The translations under genes and the position numbers were made by a program. A stretch of 64,000 nt of DNA. Source: Bacillota bacterium (lineage in GTDB: Bacteria > Bacillota > Clostridia > Christensenellales > SZUA-584). Location: positions 92,335 through 156,334 of the forward strand of contig JAEWBO010000025.1 of assembly GCA_023391105.1 (NCBI GenBank), written 5' to 3'. Every line of letters begins with the position of its first letter. Position 1 is the stretch's first letter. The notes beneath the pieces are model-generated. The model had not been told where the DNA came from. It did no database searches and worked only from the letters and a program-made list of their open reading frames with translations. Of the stretch, positions 9,747 through 19,095 are shown piece by piece.

Positions 9747-10293
9747 TATCAAAGTCATCGAGACGGCTATTGAAGGCCTGTTGATCATTGAGCCGCAGGT
9801 TTTTGGCGATTCGCGTGGCTATTTTATGGAGACATATAATCAAGAGGCCTTTGCGAAAGCAGGTCTTCATATGCAGTTTGTGCAGGACAATCAATCCATG
9901 TCCAAGAAAGGTGTTTTGCGGGGGCTTCATTTGCAAACAAAGTTCTCGCAGGGTAAACTCGTTCGTGTGATATCCGGCTCGGTTTATGATGTGGGTGTGG
10001 ATTTGCGAAAAGGCTCGCCGACATATGGCAAGCATGTGGGCGTGGTGCTCTCGGGAGAAAATAAGCGTATGTTTTATGTGCCTGAGGGGTTTGCTCATGG
10101 CTTTCTGGTTTTATCGGATGAGGCTGTTTTCACGTATAAATGTACACAGATATATCATCCTGAATATGACGCGGGCATTATCTATGATGACCCTGAAATC
10201 AGCGTTGACTGGCCGGTTGACGGTATTGACGTCATTTTATCGGATAAAGATAAAGAGCTTCCGACTCTTGGTGAATCGGGCTATCAATTTTAA
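9739..10293 (+). CDS. rfbC: dTDP-4-dehydrorhamnose 3,5-epimerase
   Basis: [34 protein letters not shown]...RGLHLQ...[18 protein letters not shown]...GFAHGF. ATG at 9739 overlaps the rfbA stop by 8 nt. Confidence 0.95.
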   Translation: MADIKVIETAIEGLLIIEPQVFGDSRGYFMETYNQEAFAKAGLHMQFVQDNQSMSKKGVLRGLHLQTKFSQGKLVRVISGSVYDVGVDLRKGSPTYGKHVGVVLSGENKRMFYVPEGFAHGFLVLSDEAVFTYKCTQIYHPEYDAGIIYDDPEISVDWPVDGIDVILSDKDKELPTLGESGYQF

Positions 10294-10305
10294 GAGGAGC
10301 ATAAC

Positions 10306-11358
10306 ATGAGAAAGGTTTTGATAACCGGGGGAGCAGGGTTTATTGGCTCTAATTTTGTAAAACACATGATCGATACGCATCAGGATTGGGTATTTATCAA
10401 TCTGGATGCGCTCACTTATGCAGGCAATCTCGAAAACTTAAAAGAACTTGAAGGTAATGAGCGACATATCTTCGTAAAGGGCGACATTACTGATAGAGAT
10501 CTGGTCGCGTCGCTGTTCCATCAATATGCCTTTGACTATGTCATTAATTTCGCCGCGGAAAGCCATGTGGACAGGAGCATAAAGGAACCGGAGATTTTCT
10601 TGAGAACAAACGTGCTGGGTACCCAGTGTTTGCTGGATGCCGCAAAGACAAGCTGGCAAGCCGGTAAAGATGAGCAAGGTTACCCGACTTTCAGGGAAGG
10701 TGTAAAATACCTTCAGGTATCCACCGACGAGGTGTACGGTGCTCTAGGTAAAACAGGAATGTTTTTGGAAACAACGCCGCTTGCGCCCAACAGTCCGTAT
10801 TCGGCGAGCAAGGCTTCCGCTGATTTACTCGTGCGCGCCTACAACAAAACGTATAAAATGCCTGTCAATATTACACGCTGTTCCAACAATTACGGGCCGT
10901 ATCAGTTCCCGGAAAAGCTGATTCCGTTGATGATTGGCAACACTTGCGATGAAAAGCAACTGCCCGTTTATGGTGACGGCATGCAGGTGCGTGATTGGCT
11001 TCACGTGGCTGATCACTGCAGCGCGATCGATACCGTGCTGCAAAAGGGCCGAGTCGGCGAAGTTTACAATATCGGCGGGAATAATGAAAAAGCAAACATC
11101 GAGATCATCCGGCTGATACTCAAATCGCTTGGAAAAACGGAAGATCTCATCAAATATGTGGAAGACCGTTTGGGGCACGACCGCCGCTACGCGATAGATA
11201 ACACGAAGATTACGACAGAGCTCGGATGGTCGCCGTCTTATACGTTTGAGCAGGGTATTGCTGAGACAATTCAGTGGTATCTTGACAACCAAAAATGGAT
11301 GGATGGTGTGCGTTCAGGCGCGTACATGGCATATTACAATACTTATTATTCAGAATAG
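10306..11358 (+). CDS. rfbB: dTDP-glucose 4,6-dehydratase
   Basis: MRKVLITGGAGFIGSNF...AAESHVDRS...STDEVYG...PYSASKASADLLVRAY...RCSNNYGPYQFPEKLIP. Confidence 0.95.
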   Translation: MRKVLITGGAGFIGSNFVKHMIDTHQDWVFINLDALTYAGNLENLKELEGNERHIFVKGDITDRDLVASLFHQYAFDYVINFAAESHVDRSIKEPEIFLRTNVLGTQCLLDAAKTSWQAGKDEQGYPTFREGVKYLQVSTDEVYGALGKTGMFLETTPLAPNSPYSASKASADLLVRAYNKTYKMPVNITRCSNNYGPYQFPEKLIPLMIGNTCDEKQLPVYGDGMQVRDWLHVADHCSAIDTVLQKGRVGEVYNIGGNNEKANIEIIRLILKSLGKTEDLIKYVEDRLGHDRRYAIDNTKITTELGWSPSYTFEQGIAETIQWYLDNQKWMDGVRSGAYMAYYNTYYSE

Positions 11359-11481
11359 TAGGTCTATAGTGCTTTAGAACACTGCGAATAGATCTTATAT
11401 TTGTTTACTAGAGAATAAAATGTGTGCTAAAATACAATCAATTAGTCAAAGAATACTATTATGGGATAATGGAGGAAAAAA

Positions 11482-12522
11482 ATGAAACGATTTGTGTTAT
11501 TGGTTATAATAGCCTTAACCATAGTGAGCTTCATTGGATGCCAAGCTGCGCCCCAGCAACCCGAGGTGACACCAACACCATCTCCTAAGCCGATAAAAAC
11601 GGCCGAGCCGACGCCGGAGCCGACACCGGAACCCACACCCCGTGTGGGTTCATATACCACCGGACTGCCGTTTGAAGGCGAGTACAAGCCTGTTATGGCG
11701 GTGATTGAGAACTCTCCGGCTGCGCGTCCGCAGCTTGGATTGCAAACTGCGGATGTTGTGTACGAAGTGCCTGTAGAGGGCAGCATCACGCGTTTCGTTT
11801 GTCTATTTTCTGATAGTGTTCCGGAAGAAATTATGCCCGTGAGAAGCGGCCGTGTGACTTTTTTATATTTGCAGCAGGAATGGGATGCGATTTTGATGCA
11901 TTGGGGAGGCTCAGGATCGGGAGTAAGCGGAGCGCCGAATTATACGTTTTTCGGTAATGAACTGCATAGCAAGATCAAGATTGATGTTGACGGTTGGAGC
12001 GGAAAATGGAATGATTATTATAAACGTGTAAAGGATAAAAAAGCGCCGCATAACGTGAAAGGGAATCCACTTCTCGTGCAGGAGCTATACGATTATTCTC
12101 CAAAGCCTCTGGATTGGAAGTTTGATAGTCAGGTTTCATATTCCGGGAATGATGTGACTCAAATAAACTTGCCGATGTGTTCGAATGATGATGATTTTGT
12201 ATCGTATACATACGATTCGGCGCAGGATGTATATTTACGTTCGATGAGCGGAAAAGCCTTTAAATCTGCTGAAACGGATAAACAGCTTAGCGTTAAGAAT
12301 ATCATTGTTCAATATAGCACCTATGATTCAGCAGATATTTATAAAGTGTGGAATATGATTGGCACCGGAAATGCGGATATATATATTGGTGGTAAGCTCA
12401 TTAAAGGCTCTTGGGAGAAAAAATCTGTGGATAGCCAAACGATTTTTTACGACAATAACGGAGAACAGATCATTTTAAGACCGGGCAATACATGGATTCA
12501 CATTCATCCGAGGAAGGACTAA
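11482..12522 (+). CDS. DUF3048 (YerB-like) lipoprotein
   Basis: Lipobox LTIVSFIGC, a Pro/Thr/Glu linker (EPTPEPTPEPTP), then MAVIENSPAARPQLGLQTADVVYEVPVEGSITRF, typical of DUF3048. Confidence 0.75.
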   Translation: MKRFVLLVIIALTIVSFIGCQAAPQQPEVTPTPSPKPIKTAEPTPEPTPEPTPRVGSYTTGLPFEGEYKPVMAVIENSPAARPQLGLQTADVVYEVPVEGSITRFVCLFSDSVPEEIMPVRSGRVTFLYLQQEWDAILMHWGGSGSGVSGAPNYTFFGNELHSKIKIDVDGWSGKWNDYYKRVKDKKAPHNVKGNPLLVQELYDYSPKPLDWKFDSQVSYSGNDVTQINLPMCSNDDDFVSYTYDSAQDVYLRSMSGKAFKSAETDKQLSVKNIIVQYSTYDSADIYKVWNMIGTGNADIYIGGKLIKGSWEKKSVDSQTIFYDNNGEQIILRPGNTWIHIHPRKD

Positions 12523-12563
12523 AACGAAACAAGTCTAACTCATATGCCTATCGGCTAAAATAG

Positions 12564-12596
12564 AGAGTGCCAGCTTAACAGTTGCACTCTTGTTTC
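12564..12596 (+). terminator. Possible terminator after the DUF3048 gene
   Basis: agagtgc-(13 nt)-gcactct hairpin followed by tgtttc. The T-tract is weak. Confidence 0.4.
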
Positions 12597-12670
12597 ATGT
12601 AAATAAGCTATTTAAGGAAAGATGAGTTATATGAATTAATATTCTATTAAGTAATAGTGTTAATTATAAG

Positions 12671-12699
12671 TTGATTTTATATAGAATATGTTATATGAT
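12671..12699 (+). promoter_or_regulatory. Candidate promoter of the CDP-sugar operon
   Basis: TTGATT (12671-12676), 17-nt spacer, TATGAT (12694-12699), in a very AT-rich 210-bp gap. Confidence 0.35.
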
Positions 12700-12734
12700 T
12701 TTGGTGCTTTTATGATATAAAAGGAAGTATATAT

Positions 12735-13508
12735 ATGAAGGTTGTTATACTGGCGGGCGGTTTTGGAACACGCATCAGCGAGGAATCTCACTTGAAGCCT
12801 AAGCCAATGATAGAAATCGGAGAAAAGCCTATACTTTGGCACATTATGAAGGCCTATTCTCACTATGGGTTTATGGATTTCATAATATGTCTCGGCTATA
12901 AAGCTTATGTCATAAAACAATTTTTTGCCGATTATTATCTCCACAATTCCGACATTACCTTTGATTTCTGCAACGGAAACGGCATGAAAATTCATAACAA
13001 TTTTGCTGAGCCGTGGAAAGTCACGCTTGTTGATACCGGGCTGAATACAATGACCGGTGGCCGAATAAAGCGTGTGCGTGATTATATCGGCAATGAGCCG
13101 TTTATGCTGACATATGGTGACGGCGTGAGCAACGTCGATTACTCAAAGCTTGTGGCATTTCATACGAACCATGGTAAAACTGCCACGCTGACGGCTATTC
13201 AACCCGGCGGGCGCTTTGGTCTATTAGAAATCGAGCCGGACAATACTGTTGATCGTTTTTCCGAGAAATCGAAGGAAGATGGCGGATGGATAAACGGCGG
13301 GTTTATGGTGCTCAATCCCGAGATTTTTGATCTTCTCGAAGATGATACAACAGTGTTTGAAAAGAAACCGCTGGAAACACTGGCGGCAACGAACCAGCTT
13401 TGCGCTTATAAGCACGATGGCTTTTGGCAATGCATGGACACCCAGAGGGACAAGCAGCTGCTGGAAGAGCTTTGGGCAAGCGGTGAAGCCCCTTGGAAGG
13501 TCTGGTAA
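12735..13508 (+). CDS. rfbF: Glucose-1-phosphate cytidylyltransferase
   Basis: MKVVILAGGFGTRISEESHLKPKPMIEIGEKPILWHIMKAYSHYGF...GGRIKR...FMLTYGDGVSNVD...HDGFWQCMDTQRDK. Confidence 0.9.
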   Translation: MKVVILAGGFGTRISEESHLKPKPMIEIGEKPILWHIMKAYSHYGFMDFIICLGYKAYVIKQFFADYYLHNSDITFDFCNGNGMKIHNNFAEPWKVTLVDTGLNTMTGGRIKRVRDYIGNEPFMLTYGDGVSNVDYSKLVAFHTNHGKTATLTAIQPGGRFGLLEIEPDNTVDRFSEKSKEDGGWINGGFMVLNPEIFDLLEDDTTVFEKKPLETLAATNQLCAYKHDGFWQCMDTQRDKQLLEELWASGEAPWKVW

Positions 13509-14557
13509 TGAATTTGGGATTTTTCAACGGCAAAAAAGTCTTGGTGACGGGTCATACCGGATTCAAAGGCTCTTGGCTCTGCCGGACTCTTGTTGGCGCA
13601 GGGGCGAAGGTAACGGGTTATTCACTTTTACCTCCGACAACACCGAGCCTCTTTGATGTTTGCGGACTTGAAAGTGAAATAGACAATATTACAGGTGATA
13701 TTCGGGATCTGTCGCATCTGCAATCTGTTTTTAGTAGGTTGAAGCCGGAGATCGTATTGCATCTCGCAGCACAGCCTATTGTGAGAGACAGCTATCAAAA
13801 GCCTGTGTACACTTATGAAACCAATGTCATGGGCACAGTGAACGTTTTGGAATGTGTCCGGCTTTCAGATTGCGTAAGGTCTTTTTTAAATGTGACCACA
13901 GATAAAGTCTATAAAAATAATGAATGGGAATGGGGATATCGCGAGAACGAGCCTCTTGATGGCTATGACCCGTATTCCAATAGCAAGTCCTGCAGCGAGC
14001 TTGTGACTCACAGCTACAAGGAATCATTCTTTGCGGATGGAAGGGTTGCTGTCTCCACTGCCCGTGCCGGTAATGTTATCGGCGGCGGGGATTTTGCGAA
14101 TGATAGGATCATACCGGATTGTGTTAGGGCGGTAATGAAGGGTGAAAAAATCGTTGTTCGTAACCCGCATTCAATAAGGCCGTATCAGCATGTGCTTGAG
14201 CCCCTCGCAGCTTACCTTATGATCGCGCAGGCCCAGTATGAGGATATTTCAAAAAGCGGCTATTATAATGTAGGACCCGATGAATGTGATTGCATCACAA
14301 CGGGGGAGCTTGTTGATTTATTCTGCGGCTTCTGGGGTAAAGGTTTAACATGGGAGAACCGGTTCGTGGGGGGGCCGCATGAAGCCAGATTCCTCAAATT
14401 GGATTGCTCCAAGCTCAAAAACGTGTTTAAATGGCGGCCACGATGGGATGTCGGCACATCGGTGGAAAAAACTGTGGAGTGGACAAAGGTATATATGGAT
14501 GGCGGCGATGTGAAACAATGCATGGACAATCAGGTCGACGCATTTTTTAACAGCTGA
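13508..14557 (+). CDS. rfbG: CDP-glucose 4,6-dehydratase
   Basis: KKVLVTGHTGFKGSWL...HLAAQPIVRDSY...TNVMGTVNVLE...TTDKVYKN...DPYSNSKSCSELV...ARAGNVIGGGD. The ATG at 13508 overlaps the rfbF stop (TAATG). Confidence 0.9.
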   Translation: MNLGFFNGKKVLVTGHTGFKGSWLCRTLVGAGAKVTGYSLLPPTTPSLFDVCGLESEIDNITGDIRDLSHLQSVFSRLKPEIVLHLAAQPIVRDSYQKPVYTYETNVMGTVNVLECVRLSDCVRSFLNVTTDKVYKNNEWEWGYRENEPLDGYDPYSNSKSCSELVTHSYKESFFADGRVAVSTARAGNVIGGGDFANDRIIPDCVRAVMKGEKIVVRNPHSIRPYQHVLEPLAAYLMIAQAQYEDISKSGYYNVGPDECDCITTGELVDLFCGFWGKGLTWENRFVGGPHEARFLKLDCSKLKNVFKWRPRWDVGTSVEKTVEWTKVYMDGGDVKQCMDNQVDAFFNS

Positions 14558-14601
14558 TTATTGTTTAAGACGGATAAAAACATATTCATAGGGAGTAAAT
14601 A

Positions 14602-15945
14602 ATGTTCGAGAAAATGACGGAAGAACAAGCAAAATCGCATATTCTGGCGCTGGTATCCGAATACTGTGACGTTTACCATAAACGTAATAATCAGTTTGAG
14701 GCTGGACAGAGAATCCCCTATGCCTCAAGAATCTATGATCGGGAAGAGATGGTCAATTTGGTTGACAGCTCTCTTGAGTTCTGGCTGACTGCTGGACGGT
14801 ATACCGATTTATTTGAGGAACAGTTTTCTGAGTTTCTTGGCATCAAATATACCGCCCTTGTCAACTCCGGCTCTTCGGCTAATCTTATCGCCTTTATGGC
14901 ATTGACCTCTCCTTTGCTTGGTGAACGCGCTATACGCCGCGGCGATGAGGTAATCACAGCAGCGGCCGGTTTTCCTACCACAGTCGCTCCGATCATTCAA
15001 TATGGTGCTGTTCCTGTATTTATTGATATGACGATCCCTCAATACAACGTTGATGTTTCGCAGCTGGAAAAAGCATTATCGAATAACACCAAAGCCGTTA
15101 TGCTTGCGCATACGCTCGGAAATCCTTTTGACATAAAATCAGTACTGGAATTCTGTAAGAAACATAATCTATGGCTAATCGAAGACAACTGTGACGCGCT
15201 TGGATCGAAGTACACATTAGACGGAAAAGAACAATTTACCGGTACTTTTGGTGACATTGGTACTTCCAGTTTCTATCCTCCGCATCATATGACGATGGGA
15301 GAGGGCGGCGCCGTCTATACGAATGATCCGCTGCTTAACAAGATTATCCGCTCAATGCGTGATTGGGGTAGGGATTGCATGTGTCCTTCGGGTAAGGATG
15401 ACCTTTGCGGACACCGTTTCACCAAAGAATATAAAGATCTGCCTACTGGGTATGATCATAAATACGTATATTCTCATTTTGGCTATAATCTCAAGGCGAC
15501 TGATATGCAGGCGGCCATCGGTTGTGCTCAGCTTGAAAAACTGCCCGGCTTTATCGAAAAGCGTCGTTCCAATTATGATCGTTTAAAAGCGGGACTTGCT
15601 TGTGTAGCGGATAAGCTCATCCTTTCCGAGCCTTGTGAAAACTCCGCTCCCAGCTGGTTTGGATTTTTATTGACTTGTCAACCAAATGCATCGCGAAGGA
15701 CAATCGTCCCGTACATAGAGAGCAAAGGTATTCAGACCCGGATGCTGTTTGCGGGAAATTTGATTAAGCATCCATGCTTTGACGAAATGCGGACCACGAA
15801 TGAAGGTTTCCGTGTGGTTGGTGAACTGAATGCCACTGACAGAATCATGAATGATACCTTCTGGGTGGGTGTTTATCCGGGCATGACCGATCAGATGATC
15901 GACTATATCATCGAGACGATCGCGGATGCCTGTAACAATCTATGA
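14602..15945 (+). CDS. rfbH: CDP-6-deoxy-L-threo-D-glycero-4-hexulose 3-dehydrase (E1; RfbH/DdhC type, DegT family)
   Basis: RIPYASRIYDREEM..., SFYPPHHMTMGEGG (His where aminotransferases have the Schiff-base Lys) and DCMCPSGKDDLCGH (C-X-C-X7-C) with an upstream Cys in EDNCDALG. Confidence 0.9.
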   Translation: MFEKMTEEQAKSHILALVSEYCDVYHKRNNQFEAGQRIPYASRIYDREEMVNLVDSSLEFWLTAGRYTDLFEEQFSEFLGIKYTALVNSGSSANLIAFMALTSPLLGERAIRRGDEVITAAAGFPTTVAPIIQYGAVPVFIDMTIPQYNVDVSQLEKALSNNTKAVMLAHTLGNPFDIKSVLEFCKKHNLWLIEDNCDALGSKYTLDGKEQFTGTFGDIGTSSFYPPHHMTMGEGGAVYTNDPLLNKIIRSMRDWGRDCMCPSGKDDLCGHRFTKEYKDLPTGYDHKYVYSHFGYNLKATDMQAAIGCAQLEKLPGFIEKRRSNYDRLKAGLACVADKLILSEPCENSAPSWFGFLLTCQPNASRRTIVPYIESKGIQTRMLFAGNLIKHPCFDEMRTTNEGFRVVGELNATDRIMNDTFWVGVYPGMTDQMIDYIIETIADACNNL

Positions 15946-16364
15946 AGATCGTTGACTGGGTAAAAAAGGTTTTTGGCGATAAGCGCATACGGTTTTTATT
16001 CGTTGGAGGACTTAATACGGCGGTTGGATACGGGTTCTACGCGTTGTTTATTTCTATAGGGCTGGATCCTTATGTAGCCACAACGTTATCAACGGTTCTT
16101 GGTGTGATAAACAGTTATTTTTGGAACAAGTATTTTACATTCAGACAGCCAAAGAAGTCGTTGTCCGAGATCTTGCGTTTTGTGCTTGTATATGCCATAA
16201 GTTATGGTGCTAATTTGGGGCTCGTATATGTGTTCATTGACATGCTTGGCATGAACTCATACTTATCCGGCGTGATATGCCTTTTTGTCACCACGATTGT
16301 AAGCTACGTGGGACATAATTTCTTTAGCTTCAAAAACAGATCGAAAAAGGAAGCCAACGTATGA
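15942..16364 (+). CDS. GtrA-family membrane protein
   Basis: 140 aa with 4 TM segments. RFLFVGGLNTAVGYGFYALF...INSYFWNKYFTF...VSYVGHNFFSF. ATGA overlap with the rfbH stop. Confidence 0.85.
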   Translation: MKIVDWVKKVFGDKRIRFLFVGGLNTAVGYGFYALFISIGLDPYVATTLSTVLGVINSYFWNKYFTFRQPKKSLSEILRFVLVYAISYGANLGLVYVFIDMLGMNSYLSGVICLFVTTIVSYVGHNFFSFKNRSKKEANV

Positions 16365-17278
16365 AGAAGGTTGTGATCACGGGTCCCACGGGCTGCATTG
16401 GTGTGGCCTTGAGCAGGGCGCTTTTGGCAGACGGTTGTGAGGTGTATGCGGTATGCCGCCCAAACTCGCCAAACATCAGGCTCCTGCCGGTTCATTTGTC
16501 TATCCATGTGGTGGAAAGCGATATAAAGGATTTGAGCCTTTTGGCGTCCCGCCTTGGCGGCGGTTTTGACGTGTTCTTTCATCTTGCTTGGTCGGGCACG
16601 TTTGGTGCTGATAGGAACGACGCGCAGAGGCAATTAAAAAATGTAAAGTATACGCTTGATGCTGTGAAGCTGGCAAAGGACATCGGATGCAGGATGTTTA
16701 TCGGCGCCGGTTCACAAGCCGAATATGGACATTTTGACAGACCGGCAGACGATACGCTGGTACCCAAGCCATTTACGTTCTATGGGGCTGCGAAGCTTTC
16801 GGCTGGACAGATGAGCCGTGTTTATGCAAATCAGATTGGTATTGCACATGCATGGGTTCGCATTTTCAGCATATACGGACCCGGTGATGATAAAAACACA
16901 CTTGTCCATTTATTGATTCGGGAGCTGCTTGCAGACGGTTCTCCTGCCCTTACAGCAGGGGAGCAGACTTGGGATTATCTTTACAGCGATGATGCGGCGA
17001 AGGCCTTGGCTGCGGTTGCCGAATCCGGGAAGGACGGCAGTGTCTATAATCTCGGATCGGGTGAACAACGCGTATTAAAGGAATATATCTCCATAATCAG
17101 AGATATTGTCAGTCCTAAAACCGTACTTCGGCTTGGAGATAGACCCTATGGTCAGGATCAAGTGATGTATTTGAGCGCGGACATAAACAAGCTGAAGAAC
17201 GATACAGGTTTTGTCCCCAAAACCACGTTTGATGAGGGTGTGAAACAGACGCTTAAAGCGATCGTATCGGAGGAATAA
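16361..17278 (+). CDS. NAD(P)-dependent extended SDR (CDP-4-keto-dideoxyhexose reductase candidate; RfbS/RfbJ/YerF-like)
   Basis: VVITGPTGCIGVAL Rossmann motif and the YGAAK catalytic Yxxx K. At 305 aa it is similar in size to CDP-paratose/abequose synthases. 4-nt overlap with gtrA. Markedly higher GC than its neighbours. Confidence 0.75.
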   Translation: MKKVVITGPTGCIGVALSRALLADGCEVYAVCRPNSPNIRLLPVHLSIHVVESDIKDLSLLASRLGGGFDVFFHLAWSGTFGADRNDAQRQLKNVKYTLDAVKLAKDIGCRMFIGAGSQAEYGHFDRPADDTLVPKPFTFYGAAKLSAGQMSRVYANQIGIAHAWVRIFSIYGPGDDKNTLVHLLIRELLADGSPALTAGEQTWDYLYSDDAAKALAAVAESGKDGSVYNLGSGEQRVLKEYISIIRDIVSPKTVLRLGDRPYGQDQVMYLSADINKLKNDTGFVPKTTFDEGVKQTLKAIVSEE

Positions 17279-17286
17279 CGGAATTA

Positions 17287-19095
17287 ATGAAAATTAAGTT
17301 ATCGGATTATTTATCAAATATACTTGCGGATAAAGGTATTGAACATGTTTTTACGGTGACGGGTGGCGGTGCCATGCATTTAAATGACGCTTTTGGCAAC
17401 AACGAGCGTTTGAAATGCGTTTATAATCACCATGAGCAGGCTTGCGCCATCGCAGCAGAAGGCTACTATAAGGCCGTCCGAAAGATGCCGGTCGTTTGCG
17501 TCACGACTGGCCCCGGGGGGACCAATGCACTGACAGGTGTGCTGGGGGCGTGGCTTGACTCTGTCCCAATGATGGTTATCTCGGGACAGGTCAAGTTTGA
17601 GTGTACGATCGCGTCCACAGATGTGCCGCTGCGCCAGCTTGGCGATCAGGAGTTTAATATTGTGGATATCGTACGTCCCATGACGAAATACGCCTGCATG
17701 GTGACAGATCCCAATAAGATTCTCTATCATGTAGAAAAAGCGTTATATATCGCGACTCATGGGCGCCCTGGCCCAGTGTGGCTGGACATACCTCTTAACG
17801 TTCAGGCGGCTGTGATTGAGACAGACGACCTTGTCCGGTATTCAGAGACAGAGGACGAAGCGTTGCTTCCTCCCCGAGTTTCTTCCGATACGATACAAAA
17901 AGTGATAGACAAGCTGAAAGCCGCAAAAAAGCCTGCCATCATTGCAGGGACAGGCATATGGCTGTCCGATGGCAAGCAGATATTTGATCGTGCGGCAGAG
18001 CAGCTTAATATTCCGGTAATGACGGCCTGGGGTAATCATGATCTCATCCCCAACGATCATCCTTTATATGCTGGTCGTCCGGGTACTGTGGGTACGCGCG
18101 GCGGTAATTTTGTCTTTCAGACATGTGACGTGCTTTTGGTGCTCGGCTGCCGTATGAATTTGCGTCAGATCGGCTATGTGTGGGATCAGGTTGCGCCAGA
18201 AGCGTATAAGATCATGGTCGATATTGATCCGGCTGAGCTTAGTAAGAGCACGTTTAAACCCGATATGCCCATCTTTGCGGATGTGAAAGATTTTCTCAAT
18301 AAAATATATGAAGCAGGGTTTGTCAAAGAAGGCAAGCAGCATGAAAAGTGGTTGGTATGGTGCCGTGATATTAACCTGAAGTATAATTACGACGCATATA
18401 CAAGCGAAGACAGAGTCAACCCTTATGCTTTTATCACAAGCATGTTCAACAAGCTGCCCGAAAATCAATTGGTCGTTGCTTCGAATGGGTCTGCCTGCGT
18501 TGTGACTTTTCAGGCGGGCACCATGAAAAAAGGACAGCGTGTTTTTACCAACAGCGGATGCGCCTCTATGGGATATGGCTTGCCTGCTTCTATTGGAGCA
18601 TGCGTGGGCAGCGGATACAAAAGCACCATTTGCCTTGAGGGTGATGGCAGCCTTCAGATGAACATACAGGAGCTGCAGACGGTGATACATAACAGACTGC
18701 CTATTAAAATTTTTGTGTTTGAAAATCAAGGGTATCATTCGATAAGGCAAACACAAAGCAACTTCTTTAAAGGTAGATTCGCCGGAGTGGACAGAGAATC
18801 GGGTGTAAGCTTTCCCGATCTCGAAAAGATTGCCAATGCTTATGGGTATCCTTTCTACACCATATCCAGTGAAGAAAATATGGAAACGGTTTTGGAAGAT
18901 GTATTGAGATGTGATGGGCCGCTGATTTGTGAGGTGCGGCTAAGTATAGAGCAGAGCTTCGAACCTAAGTCATCGTCAAAGCTGCTGCCAGATGGAAAAA
19001 TGGTATCAATGCCATTGGAGGATATGTTCCCATTTCTATCGGAAGAAGAAATGACCCAAAACAATTATAAATGTGATGAGGAGGGCCAATTATGA
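17287..19095 (+). CDS. Thiamine-diphosphate-dependent enzyme, acetolactate-synthase-like (YerE-like candidate)
   Basis: VFTVTGGGAMHL, HEQACAIAAEGY, VTTGPGGTNALTG and the C-terminal ThDP/Mg motif EGDGSLQMNIQEL...FENQGY. 602 aa. Confidence 0.85.
   Translation: MKIKLSDYLSNILADKGIEHVFTVTGGGAMHLNDAFGNNERLKCVYNHHEQACAIAAEGYYKAVRKMPVVCVTTGPGGTNALTGVLGAWLDSVPMMVISGQVKFECTIASTDVPLRQLGDQEFNIVDIVRPMTKYACMVTDPNKILYHVEKALYIATHGRPGPVWLDIPLNVQAAVIETDDLVRYSETEDEALLPPRVSSDTIQKVIDKLKAAKKPAIIAGTGIWLSDGKQIFDRAAEQLNIPVMTAWGNHDLIPNDHPLYAGRPGTVGTRGGNFVFQTCDVLLVLGCRMNLRQIGYVWDQVAPEAYKIMVDIDPAELSKSTFKPDMPIFADVKDFLNKIYEAGFVKEGKQHEKWLVWCRDINLKYNYDAYTSEDRVNPYAFITSMFNKLPENQLVVASNGSACVVTFQAGTMKKGQRVFTNSGCASMGYGLPASIGACVGSGYKSTICLEGDGSLQMNIQELQTVIHNRLPIKIFVFENQGYHSIRQTQSNFFKGRFAGVDRESGVSFPDLEKIANAYGYPFYTISSEENMETVLEDVLRCDGPLICEVRLSIEQSFEPKSSSKLLPDGKMVSMPLEDMFPFLSEEEMTQNNYKCDEEGQL

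Noticed and set aside
11575-11645. Repeats gagccgacgccggagccgacaccggaacccacaccc
   Set aside because: They encode the EPTPEPTPEPTP linker after the lipobox of the DUF3048 lipoprotein, which is ordinary low-complexity coding sequence.
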